A stretch of 64,000 nt of DNA from an uncultured Desulfovibrionaceae bacterium (GTDB lineage Bacteria; Desulfobacterota; Desulfovibrionia; Desulfovibrionales; Desulfovibrionaceae), in contig CALUZP010000065.1 of the NCBI GenBank assembly GCA_944325325.1, positions 355-64,354 of the forward strand, given 5' to 3'. Below, in pieces: positions 49,195 to 60,158 of the stretch (within the stretch, counting starts at the first letter, position 1; every line of letters begins with the position of its first letter). A model generated the notes under the pieces. That model did no database searches. It saw only the letters and a list, made by a program, of their open reading frames with translations, and was not told the DNA's origin. The position numbers were made by a program, and so were the translations under genes.

Positions 49195-49547
49195 CGGTAT
49201 CTCCTTGGTTGAGGGTTTGTTGCCGCCGGGACGAGAGCCATGGAAAAGTCCTGGCCAGTGCGCGCAGCGGATATGGATCCGGCCATGCCTGCCCTGACGC
49301 GGGGCCCTGCGTCCCCTTGTGTGCCAGGGCCGCTGGATTTTATGTCTGAACGCCTTCAGCATAGCTGAAGGCACATCGTTCGGCAAGGGCGGCAGGGCCT
49401 CTGTGCACTGCAAAACGCATGACCCGGTGTGTTTGCAGCTGCCGGCGTGCAGGGCAGCCTGCGCGGTCTGCTTCAGGCAGGCCAAAGCGCCCGTCCGGAC
49501 ACTGAAAAACAGCACGGCACCGGGGTCTGCACTCCGGTGCCGGAAGC

Positions 49548-50864
49548 CTATTTGCTCATGGCGTTGATGAAATCGGCGTTGGATTTGGTGCCGCGCATCT
49601 TGTCCAGCAGAAATTCCATGCTGTCGATGGAGGACATCGGCGCAAGGATTTTGCGCAGGATCCAGACACGCTTGAGCACGTCTTCGGGCAGAAGGAGATC
49701 TTCCTTGCGCGTGCCCGTGCGGTTGATGTCGATGGCCGGGAACACGCGTTTTTCGGCCAGGTGGCGGTCGAGATAGATTTCCATGTTGCCGGTGCCCTTG
49801 AATTCTTCAAAGATCACCTCGTCCATCCGTGAGCCGGTGTCGATGAGCGCTGTGGCGATGATGGTCAGCGAACCGCCGCCTTCGATGTTGCGGGCGGCGC
49901 CGAAAAAGCGCTTGGGACGCTGGAGGGCGTTGGCGTCAAGCCCCCCGGAAAGCACACGGCCTGACGAGGGCGTCACCGCGTTGTAGGCGCGCCCGAGACG
50001 GGTGATTGAGTCAAGCAGGATCACCACATCGCGCTTGCGTTCGACCAGACGCTTGGCCTTTTCGAGCACCATTTCACAGACCTGCACATGCCGCTGCGGC
50101 GGCTCGTCAAACGTGGAGCTGATGACTTCCGCGCGCTTGACGGTGCGTTCCATGTCGGTCACTTCCTCGGGGCGCTCGTCGATAAGCAGCACAATAAGGT
50201 AGGCGTCCGGATGGTTGGCGTTGATGGAGTTGGCGATGTTCTGCAGGAGGATGGTCTTGCCGGTCCGTGGAGGGGCGACAATGAGCGCGCGCTGGCCGCG
50301 GCCGATGGGGGCCATCAGGTCAATGACCCGGCAGGAAAGGTTCTTTTCGCCGTTTTCCATGATGAAACGGCGGTTGGGATACACGGGAATCAGGTTGTCG
50401 AACAGGACCAGGTGCTTGGCGGTTTCCGGCGGTTCGTAGCCGATTTCCTTGACCTTGAGCAGGGCAAAGTAGCGTTCGCCTTCCTTGGGAGGGCGGATCT
50501 GCCCGGAGACCACGTCTCCCTTGCGCAGATAGAAGCGGCGGATTTGTGACGGAGAGACATAGATGTCGTCGGGGCCGGGCATGTAGCTGGACAGAGGAGA
50601 TCGCAGAAAGCCGTAGCCGTCAGGAAGGATTTCAAGCACGCCGTCGCCGAAGATCATGCCGCTGCGGGAAGCGCAGGCCTGCAGCATGGCGAAGATAAGC
50701 TCCTGCTTGCGCATGGAGCTGGCGTTTTCGATTTCGTGCTCTTCGGCCAGGCTCATGAGCGCGGACATGCTCATGGTCTTCAGTTCCGAAAGATTCAGCG
50801 TCACACCTTCCTGTTCCGGCAAGGCGCTTTCCTCGACATCGGTAACGATTTTTTTCTTCCGCAT
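49548..50864 (-). CDS. rho: transcription termination factor Rho
   Basis: ORF trimmed to [12 protein letters not shown] at 50864. Has a Rho N-terminal/CSD-like domain ([14 protein letters not shown]) and Walker [16 protein letters not shown]. Confidence 0.96.
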   Translation of the reverse strand: MRKKKIVTDVEESALPEQEGVTLNLSELKTMSMSALMSLAEEHEIENASSMRKQELIFAMLQACASRSGMIFGDGVLEILPDGYGFLRSPLSSYMPGPDDIYVSPSQIRRFYLRKGDVVSGQIRPPKEGERYFALLKVKEIGYEPPETAKHLVLFDNLIPVYPNRRFIMENGEKNLSCRVIDLMAPIGRGQRALIVAPPRTGKTILLQNIANSINANHPDAYLIVLLIDERPEEVTDMERTVKRAEVISSTFDEPPQRHVQVCEMVLEKAKRLVERKRDVVILLDSITRLGRAYNAVTPSSGRVLSGGLDANALQRPKRFFGAARNIEGGGSLTIIATALIDTGSRMDEVIFEEFKGTGNMEIYLDRHLAEKRVFPAIDINRTGTRKEDLLLPEDVLKRVWILRKILAPMSSIDSMEFLLDKMRGTKSNADFINAMSK

Positions 50865-51201
50865 ATTGTGGAGGGATGGAGGTAAGAAGTCGATACAAAA
50901 ACCGCCGCGGCAACAAGCCATGGTTGCGCGCCGGAAGAAACCGGAAACGCACAGGGAGGGGATGGCGGGGAAAAGACGGATTTGAGAAGCGCGGCGAGGG
51001 CCAAAAATGTTGCTAGCGCAACTACGGCCGCTTGGCAAGCGCAAAGCGCCGTTTTGCAGACATTTTTTGATAAAAAAATGGAAAATGGATGCAAAAGGCG
51101 TCACTGGGGGCCGGATTCCGGCCCCAAAACGCCGTTTTGCGGTCTGTTTAGCCTGCTGGAGCACGCTCCCGGCCGGCCGGGACAGACCGTGGAACAGACT
51201 G

Positions 51202-52218
51202 TTACAGTCCTCTGTTCTTGAACATCACAATCATGTCGGCAACGCGGTTGGAATAGCCCCATTCGTTGTCGTACCAGGACACGACCTTGGCCAGGGTGCC
51301 ATCCTGCACCGTGGTGTATTCGGCTTCCACGATGGAGGAATGCGGATCTCCCTTGAAGTCCATGGAGACAAGCGGCAGGTCGGAGTAGGCAAGGATCCCC
51401 TTCAGGCGGGTTTCGGAGGCTTCGCGCAGTACGGCACGCAGCGTGTCGGTATCAGTGGGCTTGCTCAGGATGGCGGTGAAGTCCACAATCGACACCGTAG
51501 GCGTGGGCACGCGCAGCGACCAGCCGGTAAACTTGCCCTTGAGCGCCGGGATGACCTTGGCCACGGCCTGTGCAGCCCCGGTGGACGTGGGGATGATGTT
51601 GCAGGCGGCGGCTCTGGCGCGGCGCAGATCCTTGTGAGGCAGATCCAGGATGCGCTGGTCGTTGGTGTAGGCGTGGATGGTGGTCATCGCGCCGGTTTCG
51701 ATGCCGAAGCGTTCCTGCACGATGAGCGCCACGGGCGCAAGGCAGTTGGTCGTGCAGGACGCGTTGGAGATGATGTGATGCTTGGCCGGGTCATACTGAT
51801 CGTCGTTGACGCCCATGACGATGGTGATGTCCTCTTCCTTGGCCGGCGCGGTGATGATGACTTTTTTGGCGCCGTTGTCCAGATGGACATGGGCCTGCTT
51901 GGCGGACCGGAATATCCCCGTGGATTCGACGACCACGTCAACGCCTTCCTGTCCCCAGGGGAGCTGGGCAGGATCGCGCTCAGAGAAGCAGCGGACCTTC
52001 CAGTCGCCTATGCTGGCCACGGTGCCGTCAAGCTGGATATCCATGTGGGCGCGGCCGTAGTTGGTGTCAAACTCAAGCAGATGGAAATTAGTCCTGGCGT
52101 CATACAGGTCGTTGATGGCGACCACTTCGATCTGATCGGCGTAGTTGGCATACAGGGCGCGGAAGACCTGGCGTCCGATACGCCCGAATCCGTTGATGGC
52201 AACTCTTGTCTTTTGCAT
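51202..52218 (-). CDS. gap: type I glyceraldehyde-3-phosphate dehydrogenase
   Basis: ORF trimmed to [18 protein letters not shown] at 52218. Active site [12 protein letters not shown]. Confidence 0.96.
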   Translation of the reverse strand: MQKTRVAINGFGRIGRQVFRALYANYADQIEVVAINDLYDARTNFHLLEFDTNYGRAHMDIQLDGTVASIGDWKVRCFSERDPAQLPWGQEGVDVVVESTGIFRSAKQAHVHLDNGAKKVIITAPAKEEDITIVMGVNDDQYDPAKHHIISNASCTTNCLAPVALIVQERFGIETGAMTTIHAYTNDQRILDLPHKDLRRARAAACNIIPTSTGAAQAVAKVIPALKGKFTGWSLRVPTPTVSIVDFTAILSKPTDTDTLRAVLREASETRLKGILAYSDLPLVSMDFKGDPHSSIVEAEYTTVQDGTLAKVVSWYDNEWGYSNRVADMIVMFKNRGL

Positions 52219-52514
52219 GGGAAATGTCCTTGCCGCCCTGGGGCGGCTGGTTGGTTGAGGACGGCTGTGTGTGCGGGGCCGTCCCGGTGCGCCTGTGCCT
52301 GGCGGCACAGGGCGTCTTCACCTGGCGCGGCGTCATGTCCCGGCCGGGACTCAGGCAGGCCGGTCATCCCGTGTCTTGCAGAACGCGGGGTTACCTGCGC
52401 CAAGGACTCGTTCAAAGCTTCCTTGTCCAGCGCGCCGCACGGCACTGAAAGGGCGGCCCCGGTCAGGGCCGGCGCGTCCGTGCCGCGCCGGCGGGGAAAG
52501 CCCCCGCTGCTGCG

Positions 52515-53072
52515 CTAGTCTTCGTAGATCCGGTTGTTGAAGGAGGTGAGCAGTTCGTACTTGCAGCGCAGGGCCTCGTTCACGCGGGCGTTTTCGATGG
52601 CGATGGCGGAAATGTTGGCCACCCCCTGCAGAAACGCCTTTTCTTCTTCCGAGAAGTCCCGCTCGGTGGAAGAGTAGACGCGCAGCAGGCCGATGGGCCG
52701 GCCGTCCACTGTCAGCGGGGCGGAAAGCACCGACACCAGACCCTCTTCATGAGCGTTGGCGGGATACTGGAAACGGGGATCGGCACAGACGTCGCGCACA
52801 TGGATGACACGTCCGGACAGGACATCGCTGTCCATGCCGCTTTTGGCCACCTCCACGGGTCCCTTGCGCATGTAGCCGGCCGAAAGGCCGTAGGCCGCGC
52901 TGGCCAGCAGGATTTTGCCCGTCCTGTCCAGCAGGCGGATGGTGCTTGCCTTGCAGCCCATGTTCCGGGCGGTCTGTTCGGTGATTTTCTGCAGAACGAT
53001 GGCCGGTTCAAGGCTGGAGGTGACAACGGTGGCCACATCCAGCAACGCGCGGAAATAGTCTTGCGAAGCCAT
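52515..53072 (-). CDS. GAF domain-containing protein
   Basis: 185-aa single GAF-like fold pattern (…STIRLLD…VLSAPL…GLLRVYS…). No output domain. Confidence 0.7.
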   Translation of the reverse strand: MASQDYFRALLDVATVVTSSLEPAIVLQKITEQTARNMGCKASTIRLLDRTGKILLASAAYGLSAGYMRKGPVEVAKSGMDSDVLSGRVIHVRDVCADPRFQYPANAHEEGLVSVLSAPLTVDGRPIGLLRVYSSTERDFSEEEKAFLQGVANISAIAIENARVNEALRCKYELLTSFNNRIYED

Positions 53073-53156
53073 TGGGATTCTCCACTGGGTAGAGAGTTGC
53101 AGTACCCGCAGAGCCCGGGGGAGCCGGACAGCCGGCGCGGCCTGCGGGGAAAGGGA

Positions 53157-53738
53157 TCATTGTGCCTGCTGGGCCAGGCGCTGCACTTTTTTCAGAAACC
53201 GCTCTTCCTCGCTGAAGATGCAGGCGCAGTAGTTCTGTCTGTACAGGCCCCAGGCCTTGGAAAGATCAATGCCTTCCTGCCAGCCGGGCCGGAAGTCCAT
53301 GTACAGGAATTTCACGCCGCCCACGCGGGCCTCGGCGCGCTCGCCTTCCTCGCGGATGCTTTCATGGCGCTGGTGGCGCGAATAGAGCAGGCTCGTGCAG
53401 AAGGCGTCAAACCCGTACTCGCGGGCCGCAGCAGCGGTGAGCGTCAGCCGGCTGGCATAGCAGTAGGCGCAGCGGCGGCCGTCCGGATTGGCTGCCAGGC
53501 CCCGCTCGTACACGACGCCAAGCCAGCCGGAGATGCTGTAGACGTCATACTGCCAGATGACCGGCAGATCAAGCCTGCGAGCGGCTTCCTGCATGGCTTC
53601 GCTGCGCCGCAGAAACTCGCTGACGGGGTGGATGTTGGGATTGGCAAAATAGGCCGTGACCTCATGGCCGGCCTCGCGCAGCATCTTGACGGACATGATG
53701 CTGCACGGGCCGCAGCAGGCGTGAAGCAGAACACGCAT
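53157..53738 (-). CDS. queH: epoxyqueuosine reductase QueH (DUF208)
   Basis: MRVLLHACCGPCS N-terminus plus conserved CxxC / C residues (CAYCY, CACIF), typical of QueH. Confidence 0.85.
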   Translation of the reverse strand: MRVLLHACCGPCSIMSVKMLREAGHEVTAYFANPNIHPVSEFLRRSEAMQEAARRLDLPVIWQYDVYSISGWLGVVYERGLAANPDGRRCAYCYASRLTLTAAAAREYGFDAFCTSLLYSRHQRHESIREEGERAEARVGGVKFLYMDFRPGWQEGIDLSKAWGLYRQNYCACIFSEEERFLKKVQRLAQQAQ

Positions 53739-53741
53739 GGC

Positions 53742-56519
53742 TTACACTTCTCCAGGGGCGATCCGGATTTCCAGCCGCAGGTGGAATTCCTTTTCCAGCG
53801 CAGCCAGTCTTTCCCGTTTGTGGTTGAGCACATACACGGCCAGCTCGGCCCCCAGCGGGCAGATGTATTCCGACTGGCCGTTGCGGGCGGCCAGGCGCAT
53901 CTGGCTGCGCAGTTCGCGCAGCAGCTGCAGGGCCTGCCACTCCATGTTGCGGCGCAGGCCCGTGCCGCGGCAGTGCGGGCAGGGCTCCTGCGAAATGGAG
54001 ATGGCCGACGAGCCGATGCGCTGGCGCACGATCTGCAGCAGGCCGAAGGAACTCATATGGCCAATGTCATGCCGGGCCCGGTCGCTCTTCATGGCGGCGT
54101 GCAGGGTCCGTTCCACCTCGCGGCAGCGGCTCTGATCGCGCATTTCGATGAAGTCAATGACAATCTGGCCACCCACGTCGCGCAGCCTGAGCTGGCGTGC
54201 AATGCTTTCGGCGGCTTCCAGGTTGGTGCGCAGCGCCGTGGCTTCAAAATTGTTCTTGCCCCCGGACTTGCCGGAGTTGATGTCGATGGCCATCAACGCT
54301 TCGGTCTGGTCAAACACGAGCCGTCCGCCGGAGGGCAGCGTGACCTCTCTGGCGTGCACCTGTTCCAGCTGCTTGCGGACGTTGAAATATTCCCACATGG
54401 ACTTTGCCGGATTGTCATACAGGCGGACAAAGTCGCCGCGCCGCGGGAACAGCATGCTGGTCATGGCGCGCATGGATTCGGCGGTGGCAGGGTCGTCCAC
54501 CCAGACTTCGGTCACGTCGTCAGACAGATAGTCGCGCACTGCACGGCTGGCCAGACCCGGCTCCTCATAGATGAGGCAGGGCGCTTTTTCCGTGCCCGCG
54601 CGCTTGTGGATGTCTTTCCAGACCCGCTTGAGATAACTCAGATCCTTTTGCAGCGTGGTCTTGCTCGTGCCTGCGCTGACCGTGCGGACAATGGCCCCGA
54701 GACCTTCGCCGGGGTTCAGTCCCTTGATGAGCTCACGCAGGCGGTTGCGTTCCTCGCCGTCCTCCACCTTGCGGGAAATGCCGATCTGCTCCTGGCCCGG
54801 CGTAAGCACAAGGAAACGCCCGGCCAGCGAAACCCAGGTGGTCAGAAAAGCTCCCTTGCTGCCGTTGGGCTCCTTGACGACCTGGACCAGCACTTCCTGG
54901 CCGGCCTTCATGACCTTCTGGATGGGCGGGTACTTGCCGCCTTTTTCCGGATCGTGATGCGTGAGCCAGTATTCGGGATGGACTTCGTCGATCTGCAAAA
55001 AACCGTTCTTGGCACCGCCAAAGTTGACAAAGGCCGCCTGGAGGTTGGGGTCGATGTTGCTGACGATGCCCTTGTAGATGTTGCCGCGGATTTTTGCCTG
55101 ATGGACCATTTCTACATAATATTCGGCCACCAGGTTGTCTTCGAGGATGACGACTTCCACCAGCTCCCCGGGCAGAACGCTGACCAGCATCTTGCGTTCG
55201 GCAGCGGGTTTTATCCCTCTGACGGCATTTTCGTTCTCGGCGGCGTCTGCGTCAGCGTATTCTGCCGGCAGTGTTCCCGGCGTTTCGGCCGCTACTTCAG
55301 CCGCCGCTTCCTGTGCGCGTGCGGCCGCCTCGGCCTTGCGGCGGGCCGCAGCGGCGCGGCGGCGTGCGGAGCGCGAACGGGGCTTGGAGGCGGGCTGGGC
55401 GGCAGCTTCGGCTGGCATGGCCTCGGACTCCGGAGCGGCCGGCGGCACCGCCGGATCCGCCAGTGCCGGTTCGATCAGCAGATCCGCAGTGGGCGGCAGG
55501 GCCAGAGGCTCGTCACTGGCGGGCAGGGCCAGCCGTTCGTCACTGGCAGGCAGGGCGGCCTGTGGCGCATCAGTCTTCCGACGGTTCCTGCCCCCGCGGT
55601 GCGTGCGCTTGCGCCGGGGGCTGGCCTCTTCCTCCTGTTCCAGCCCCGGTGCGGCTTCGGCGCTGTCCTGCGGAGCGGCCTGTTCGGCGGCAGGCGTCTC
55701 GGACCGGGATCCTTCGGCCGGCGCGTCCCCATCGACGGGCCGGACGTCCGCGACTTTGGGAGCCTCAGGCCGGGATTCTTCGGCCGGCGCGTCCGGAGCA
55801 GCCGGCGCAGGGGCCGCCGGGGCAAGAAGTTCCTCGATAACGGGCGGCCGTATAGCGGATTCGTCAGGCGCCGGGGTGTCGTCTGCGGGGCCGGCCTGGT
55901 GCGCCGCTTCAGCGTTTCCCGGGGCGGGGGCTGGTGTGCGGCGGGAACGGGATCGGGAAGCGCGGGACGGCCGTGCCGGAGCGGTTTCCTGCACCGCTGG
56001 GGCGTCATCCTGATGCACGGTTTCAGCTGGCACGGCCGGGGCGATGAGACTGTCGAGCACGGGCGGGCGGTCTGCTTCAGGCGCAGGGACTCCGGCGGTT
56101 CCGCCATCGCCGGTCACAGGCTGGGCCGCGGCGGCTTCAGCCGGCGCTGCCGTGGAAAGGTCTGCCGGCGCTTCGGCATGGGCTGCGGCCGCCTTTCTGG
56201 CACGCGGGCGTCTGGCCGGCGTTTTGCGTGGCCGGGACGCCGGGGCGGGGGAGGCGTCAAGATCGTCAACGACCGGAGGCGTCAGGGCCGGTGTCTGGCC
56301 GGCGTCTGCGGCCTGGGGTTCCTGCGGGGTCTGGGCCTTGCGCTTTCTGGACGGCCTTGAAGGTTTGGACTTCCCGGCTTCGGAGGAAGCAGCCGTGGCG
56401 TCATCCACGGCGGGTTCGGCTTTCTTGCGGGGGCGGCGGGGTCTGGCGGGCTTTTCGGTCAGGCTCTTGACATGAGCGGCCTGTTCCTGATCATCGTCAA
56501 AAATTTCAGTTACTACCAT
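53742..56519 (-). CDS. rne: Rne/Rng-family ribonuclease (RNase E/G) with an N-terminal low-complexity region of about 443 aa
   Basis: The C-terminal ~480 aa carry the S1 domain (IYKGIVSNIDPNLQAAFVNFG), the DNase-I-like/5' sensor region (AIDINSGK) and the Zn-link CPHCRGTG. The N-terminal half is Ala/Pro/Glu/Arg-rich. Confidence 0.9.
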   Translation of the reverse strand: MVVTEIFDDDQEQAAHVKSLTEKPARPRRPRKKAEPAVDDATAASSEAGKSKPSRPSRKRKAQTPQEPQAADAGQTPALTPPVVDDLDASPAPASRPRKTPARRPRARKAAAAHAEAPADLSTAAPAEAAAAQPVTGDGGTAGVPAPEADRPPVLDSLIAPAVPAETVHQDDAPAVQETAPARPSRASRSRSRRTPAPAPGNAEAAHQAGPADDTPAPDESAIRPPVIEELLAPAAPAPAAPDAPAEESRPEAPKVADVRPVDGDAPAEGSRSETPAAEQAAPQDSAEAAPGLEQEEEASPRRKRTHRGGRNRRKTDAPQAALPASDERLALPASDEPLALPPTADLLIEPALADPAVPPAAPESEAMPAEAAAQPASKPRSRSARRRAAAARRKAEAAARAQEAAAEVAAETPGTLPAEYADADAAENENAVRGIKPAAERKMLVSVLPGELVEVVILEDNLVAEYYVEMVHQAKIRGNIYKGIVSNIDPNLQAAFVNFGGAKNGFLQIDEVHPEYWLTHHDPEKGGKYPPIQKVMKAGQEVLVQVVKEPNGSKGAFLTTWVSLAGRFLVLTPGQEQIGISRKVEDGEERNRLRELIKGLNPGEGLGAIVRTVSAGTSKTTLQKDLSYLKRVWKDIHKRAGTEKAPCLIYEEPGLASRAVRDYLSDDVTEVWVDDPATAESMRAMTSMLFPRRGDFVRLYDNPAKSMWEYFNVRKQLEQVHAREVTLPSGGRLVFDQTEALMAIDINSGKSGGKNNFEATALRTNLEAAESIARQLRLRDVGGQIVIDFIEMRDQSRCREVERTLHAAMKSDRARHDIGHMSSFGLLQIVRQRIGSSAISISQEPCPHCRGTGLRRNMEWQALQLLRELRSQMRLAARNGQSEYICPLGAELAVYVLNHKRERLAALEKEFHLRLEIRIAPGEV

Positions 56520-56688
56520 TGAATCCTCAAAAAAATTTCAGGCACGGGCCGCGGTATGCCGCGGCAGGTTGCCGTGCCCCTTGCTGTGCGGCCAGGCCGT
56601 TTACAGGCCGGCCGCCGTTCAAATTCGCTGCCGGCGGGTGGCGGCAGAATCGTGGCGTCAGCCCGGGAGCAGGCGTGCTGTCCCCGGG

Positions 56689-57372
56689 TCAGTTTCCGGC
56701 AACGTGCCGGCTGACCTCCAGGGTTGCGCCAAGCGAAAGGACGGCGTAGCCACCGTCGCCCAGCGCCCCGGGATTGACCACACGCGTCCTGCCCAGGCGA
56801 TCTTCCGCGCAGGACTCGTGGATATGCCCGCAGAGGCATACGTCGGGCTGATGCTTCACAATGAATTCACGCACGGCCTCAGAGCCCACATGAAGCCCGC
56901 CGGCGGTCCTGTCGCATGCCGTCCCGAGCGGGGGCGTGTGCGAGACAAGGACAAGCCGGGAGCTGTTCCGGGCCTGGGGCAGAAGTTCGTCAAGCCATCT
57001 GGCGATGTCGGCTTCGGAAAACTCGCTGGGCGTGCCAAAGGGCGTCGGGGTGGAGCCGCCAATGCCCAGAACGGCCGTCGCTGCGTCCAGCTGGCGGACA
57101 GTGCGGTGCAGATCAATGCCGGCCTCACGCAGGCAGGCGGCCACGCCGGGCTTGTCCATATTGCCGAACAGCGCAAGCGTCGTGGGATTGAAGGCGGCCA
57201 CGCTGTCCAGCACATGCCTGGCGGCCGCAGCGCCGCCGGCCGTGGTGAGGTCGCCTGTGATGAGGATTCCCTCCGCGCTGGCGGTGCCGGGAATGGCGGA
57301 CAGGCGATCCGTCCGGCCGTGGAGATCGCCGATGACGATCCAGAAGGGGGCATGCGAACTTTGCATCTGCAA
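56689..57372 (-). CDS. metallophosphoesterase family protein
   Basis: GDLHG, GDL, GNMD and CGHIH motifs in the canonical order. Confidence 0.8.
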   Translation of the reverse strand: MQMQSSHAPFWIVIGDLHGRTDRLSAIPGTASAEGILITGDLTTAGGAAAARHVLDSVAAFNPTTLALFGNMDKPGVAACLREAGIDLHRTVRQLDAATAVLGIGGSTPTPFGTPSEFSEADIARWLDELLPQARNSSRLVLVSHTPPLGTACDRTAGGLHVGSEAVREFIVKHQPDVCLCGHIHESCAEDRLGRTRVVNPGALGDGGYAVLSLGATLEVSRHVAGN

Positions 57373-57439
57373 ATCTTATATGCTATTTAAAAAATCTACA
57401 AGATACCAACACGCCGCTTTTGCGGACAAGTGAGGAAAA

Positions 57440-58042
57440 ATGAGCGACGACGCACGACAGCCGTTGCGCAGCCGGATGATTGCGGCACGGAAGGCGTTTG
57501 CCAGGCAGACGCCCCTGCTGGCGCAGGAGGCGGCGCAACAGGCGCAGCAGCGCATTCTGGCCTGCCGGGCCTGGCAGGAGGCCCGCAGTGTGGGGCTGTA
57601 TGTGCCTGTCCGCAGCGAGCTGTCCACCGCGCTCCTGTGTGAGGCGGCCTGGCGGGAGGGGCGGCGCTGCCTTCTGCCGCGCTGTCTGACGGGCGGCGCT
57701 GAGGCCAGGGGCCAGATGGAATTTCACGACTGCCCCGGCGAAGACGCCCTGCTGCCGGGTTCGTTCGGCATCCCGGAGCCCGATCCGGCGCGCTGCCCGG
57801 TGGCGGCCGGGCCGCCGGATCTGCTGATTGTGCCTGCCGTGGCGCTTGATCGCGACGGGTACAGGCTGGGCTATGGCGGCGGATACTATGACAGGCTGCT
57901 GGCCAGGCCCGGCTGGGAGGGCGTGCGCACGCTGGGGCTGGTATTTGCGCTGCAACTTGTTGATCGCCTGGACCGGCGTCCGTGGGACAGGCCCCTTGAC
58001 GGACTGGCCACCGAGGAGGAACTGACATGGCTGCGGAGGTGA
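57440..58042 (+). CDS. 5-formyltetrahydrofolate cyclo-ligase
   Basis: 200 aa. Has VPAVALDRDGYRLGYGGGYYDR, characteristic of the MTHFS/YgfA family. Confidence 0.88.
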   Translation: MSDDARQPLRSRMIAARKAFARQTPLLAQEAAQQAQQRILACRAWQEARSVGLYVPVRSELSTALLCEAAWREGRRCLLPRCLTGGAEARGQMEFHDCPGEDALLPGSFGIPEPDPARCPVAAGPPDLLIVPAVALDRDGYRLGYGGGYYDRLLARPGWEGVRTLGLVFALQLVDRLDRRPWDRPLDGLATEEELTWLRR

Positions 58043-58761
58043 TTCCTTTTGTGTTTCCCGGCGTGCCGGGGGTGCGCTGCGCGTTTCAGACACGGGTCGG
58101 GGGCGTTTCGCCTGCACCGTGGGACAGCGCCAACATTGGCGACAATGTGGGCGACGATCCGGTGCGGGTGGCTGCCAACAGGCAGGCCCTGCGCGAGACC
58201 CTCGGCGTTGACAGCCTGGTGGCGCTCCATCAGGTGCACGGCACGGTCATGCATTTTGATCCTGCTGATCCGGACGTGACGCTGGAGGGCGACGGACTGG
58301 CCACCACCCGTCCCGGGCTGGGCCTGCTCATCCGGACGGCAGACTGCCAGCCTGTGCTGCTGGCGCATGCGAAAGGCCGGCATGTGGCGGCGCTGCATGT
58401 GGGCTGGCGGGGCAACCGGCTGAATTTCCCGGGTCTGGCGGTTGAGGCGTTCTGCCGGCAGTATGATCTGCGCCCCAGGGATCTGTACGCGGTGCGCGGG
58501 CCGAGCCTTGGGCCGTCGTGTGCGGAGTTCGTCAATTTTGATGACGAATGGGGCAGGGACTTTGCAGACTGGTTCGACGCCAGCCGCAAAACCATGGATC
58601 TCTGGCGGCTGACGGCCGATCAGCTCCATGCAGCCGGGGTGCCTGCGGCGCACTGCTTCGGGCTTGACCTGTGCACCTGTCTGCTGCCGGAGTTGTTTTT
58701 TTCCTACCGGCGTTCCGGGCAGACGGGCCGGCAGGGCAGCGTCATCTGGATTGAGGGCTAG
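58027..58761 (+). CDS. pgeF: peptidoglycan editing factor PgeF / YfiH (DUF152, LACC1 family)
   Basis: QVHG, TADCQPVLL and HVGWRG motifs. Overlaps the 5-FCL stop by 16 nt. Confidence 0.88.
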   Translation: MAAEVIPFVFPGVPGVRCAFQTRVGGVSPAPWDSANIGDNVGDDPVRVAANRQALRETLGVDSLVALHQVHGTVMHFDPADPDVTLEGDGLATTRPGLGLLIRTADCQPVLLAHAKGRHVAALHVGWRGNRLNFPGLAVEAFCRQYDLRPRDLYAVRGPSLGPSCAEFVNFDDEWGRDFADWFDASRKTMDLWRLTADQLHAAGVPAAHCFGLDLCTCLLPELFFSYRRSGQTGRQGSVIWIEG

Positions 58762-59033
58762 CCCTCTCCGGCGCGGAGGTGCAGGCAGACTTCAGGTGTC
58801 ACGTCTTCCCTTGACGCACTCCGGCGCGGGGGTGCAGGCGCGGTGCGGGGGTGTGCGGCCTGAAGGCCGTTTCTGCGCCGGTTGCGCGGGACTGGCTGGC
58901 GGATTCTACACGCCGGATGGGCATGTCCGGTTTCTGCGCCGGCGGCGCGGGATCGGCAGGCATGGTTTTGGATGCAGAACAGGGCGGCGGATGCGGAGGG
59001 CAGGCCACGCCGCGTGGAAACAGGAGGCATGAC

Positions 59034-60158
59034 GTGGCGGAAGAAGCGATAGTGGCGCGGCGGCGCCTTGAGGTGGCCCTGGCGCGGATCCGGCCGGCAG
59101 ACATGGATCTGGAATCCGCGGCACGGGCCAGACTCGACGACTTGACCAAGCCCCGGGGCAGTCTGGGGCGGCTTGAAGACGTGGCCACGGCGCTGTATGT
59201 CATGGCCGGCGGAGTGACGCCGCTGCGGGTGGATCCTGTGCGGTTCTTTACGGTGGCGGCGGATCATGGCGTGGCCGCCGAGGGTGTCAGCGCCTACGCC
59301 CAGGATGTGACGCGGCAGATGGTTCATAACTTTCTGTCGGGAGGTGCGGCCATCAACGTGCTGTGCCGGACGTTCGGCATCGGCCTGCAGGTGGTTGACG
59401 CCGGCTGCCGGGGCGGCGCATTTGCCGCGCACCCCATGCTCATTGACCGCCGTCTGGGCGATGGCACGGCCAACATGGCCGCAGGGCCGGCCATGACGGA
59501 GGAAGTCTGTGCCAGGGGCCTGCTTGCGGGCATGGAGCTGGCGGCGGAGGCTGTTTCTGCAGGGGCGCGCTGCCTGGGCATTGGTGAAATGGGCATCGGC
59601 AACACAACGGCGGCCTCAGCTTTGTTTGCCGCCTGGCTCAAGCTTTCGCCGGAACGGCTGACAGGGCCGGGCACGGGCCTGAACGCCGAGGGGGTACGCC
59701 GCAAGACTACGGTGATTGCACGGGCTCTTGAGGTCAATGCCGGAGCACTGCAGAGCGGGGATCCCATACGCGTGCTGGCCGCGCTCGGCGGATTTGAAAT
59801 TGTGGTCATGGCGGGGGTGGCACTGGGTGCGGCGAACTGCCGGGTACCCTGTCTGATTGACGGTTTTATAGCCCAGTCTGCCTGGCTTGCGGCCCTGAAA
59901 CTGTGTCCGGCGGTCCGGACGTACACGCTTGTGGCCCATGTCTCGGCCGAGCCGGGTAGTGCGGCCCTGCTGCCGGCGTTTGAAACCCGCCCGCTGTTTG
60001 ATTTGGGCATGCGCCTTGGCGAGGGCACAGGGGCGGCGCTGGCTGTGCCGCTGCTGCGCGCTGCGGCGGCGCTGTTCAACGACATGGCGACGTTTTCCGG
60101 CGCGGATGTTTCCGGCAGGCTGTACGCTGCGGGAGCGCCGGAAGGGGCCAGGCCATGA
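59034..60158 (+). CDS. cobT: nicotinate-nucleotide--dimethylbenzimidazole phosphoribosyltransferase
   Basis: ORF 58851..60158. GTG 59034 is preceded by AGGAGG at a 6-nt spacing. Has [12 protein letters not shown] and GEMGIGNTT motifs. Confidence 0.88.
   Translation: MAEEAIVARRRLEVALARIRPADMDLESAARARLDDLTKPRGSLGRLEDVATALYVMAGGVTPLRVDPVRFFTVAADHGVAAEGVSAYAQDVTRQMVHNFLSGGAAINVLCRTFGIGLQVVDAGCRGGAFAAHPMLIDRRLGDGTANMAAGPAMTEEVCARGLLAGMELAAEAVSAGARCLGIGEMGIGNTTAASALFAAWLKLSPERLTGPGTGLNAEGVRRKTTVIARALEVNAGALQSGDPIRVLAALGGFEIVVMAGVALGAANCRVPCLIDGFIAQSAWLAALKLCPAVRTYTLVAHVSAEPGSAALLPAFETRPLFDLGMRLGEGTGAALAVPLLRAAAALFNDMATFSGADVSGRLYAAGAPEGARP

Noticed and set aside
52749-56360. 1203-aa plus-strand ORF spanning GAF, queH and rne in antisense
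   Set aside because: It is a Gly/Arg/Ala-rich shadow frame that crosses three well-supported minus-strand genes and their intergenic gaps. It has no start context or domain signature.
57373-57439. 6S RNA (ssrS), which in E. coli lies immediately upstream of the 5-formyl-THF cyclo-ligase gene
   Set aside because: The gap to the divergent phosphoesterase gene is only 67 bp, too short for an RNA of about 180 nt.
58762-59033. Cobalamin riboswitch upstream of cobT
   Set aside because: No recognisable B12-box or GGGAA/GGTG core was seen by eye. The region is instead characterised by direct repeats, reported as a finding. It should still be checked with a covariance model.
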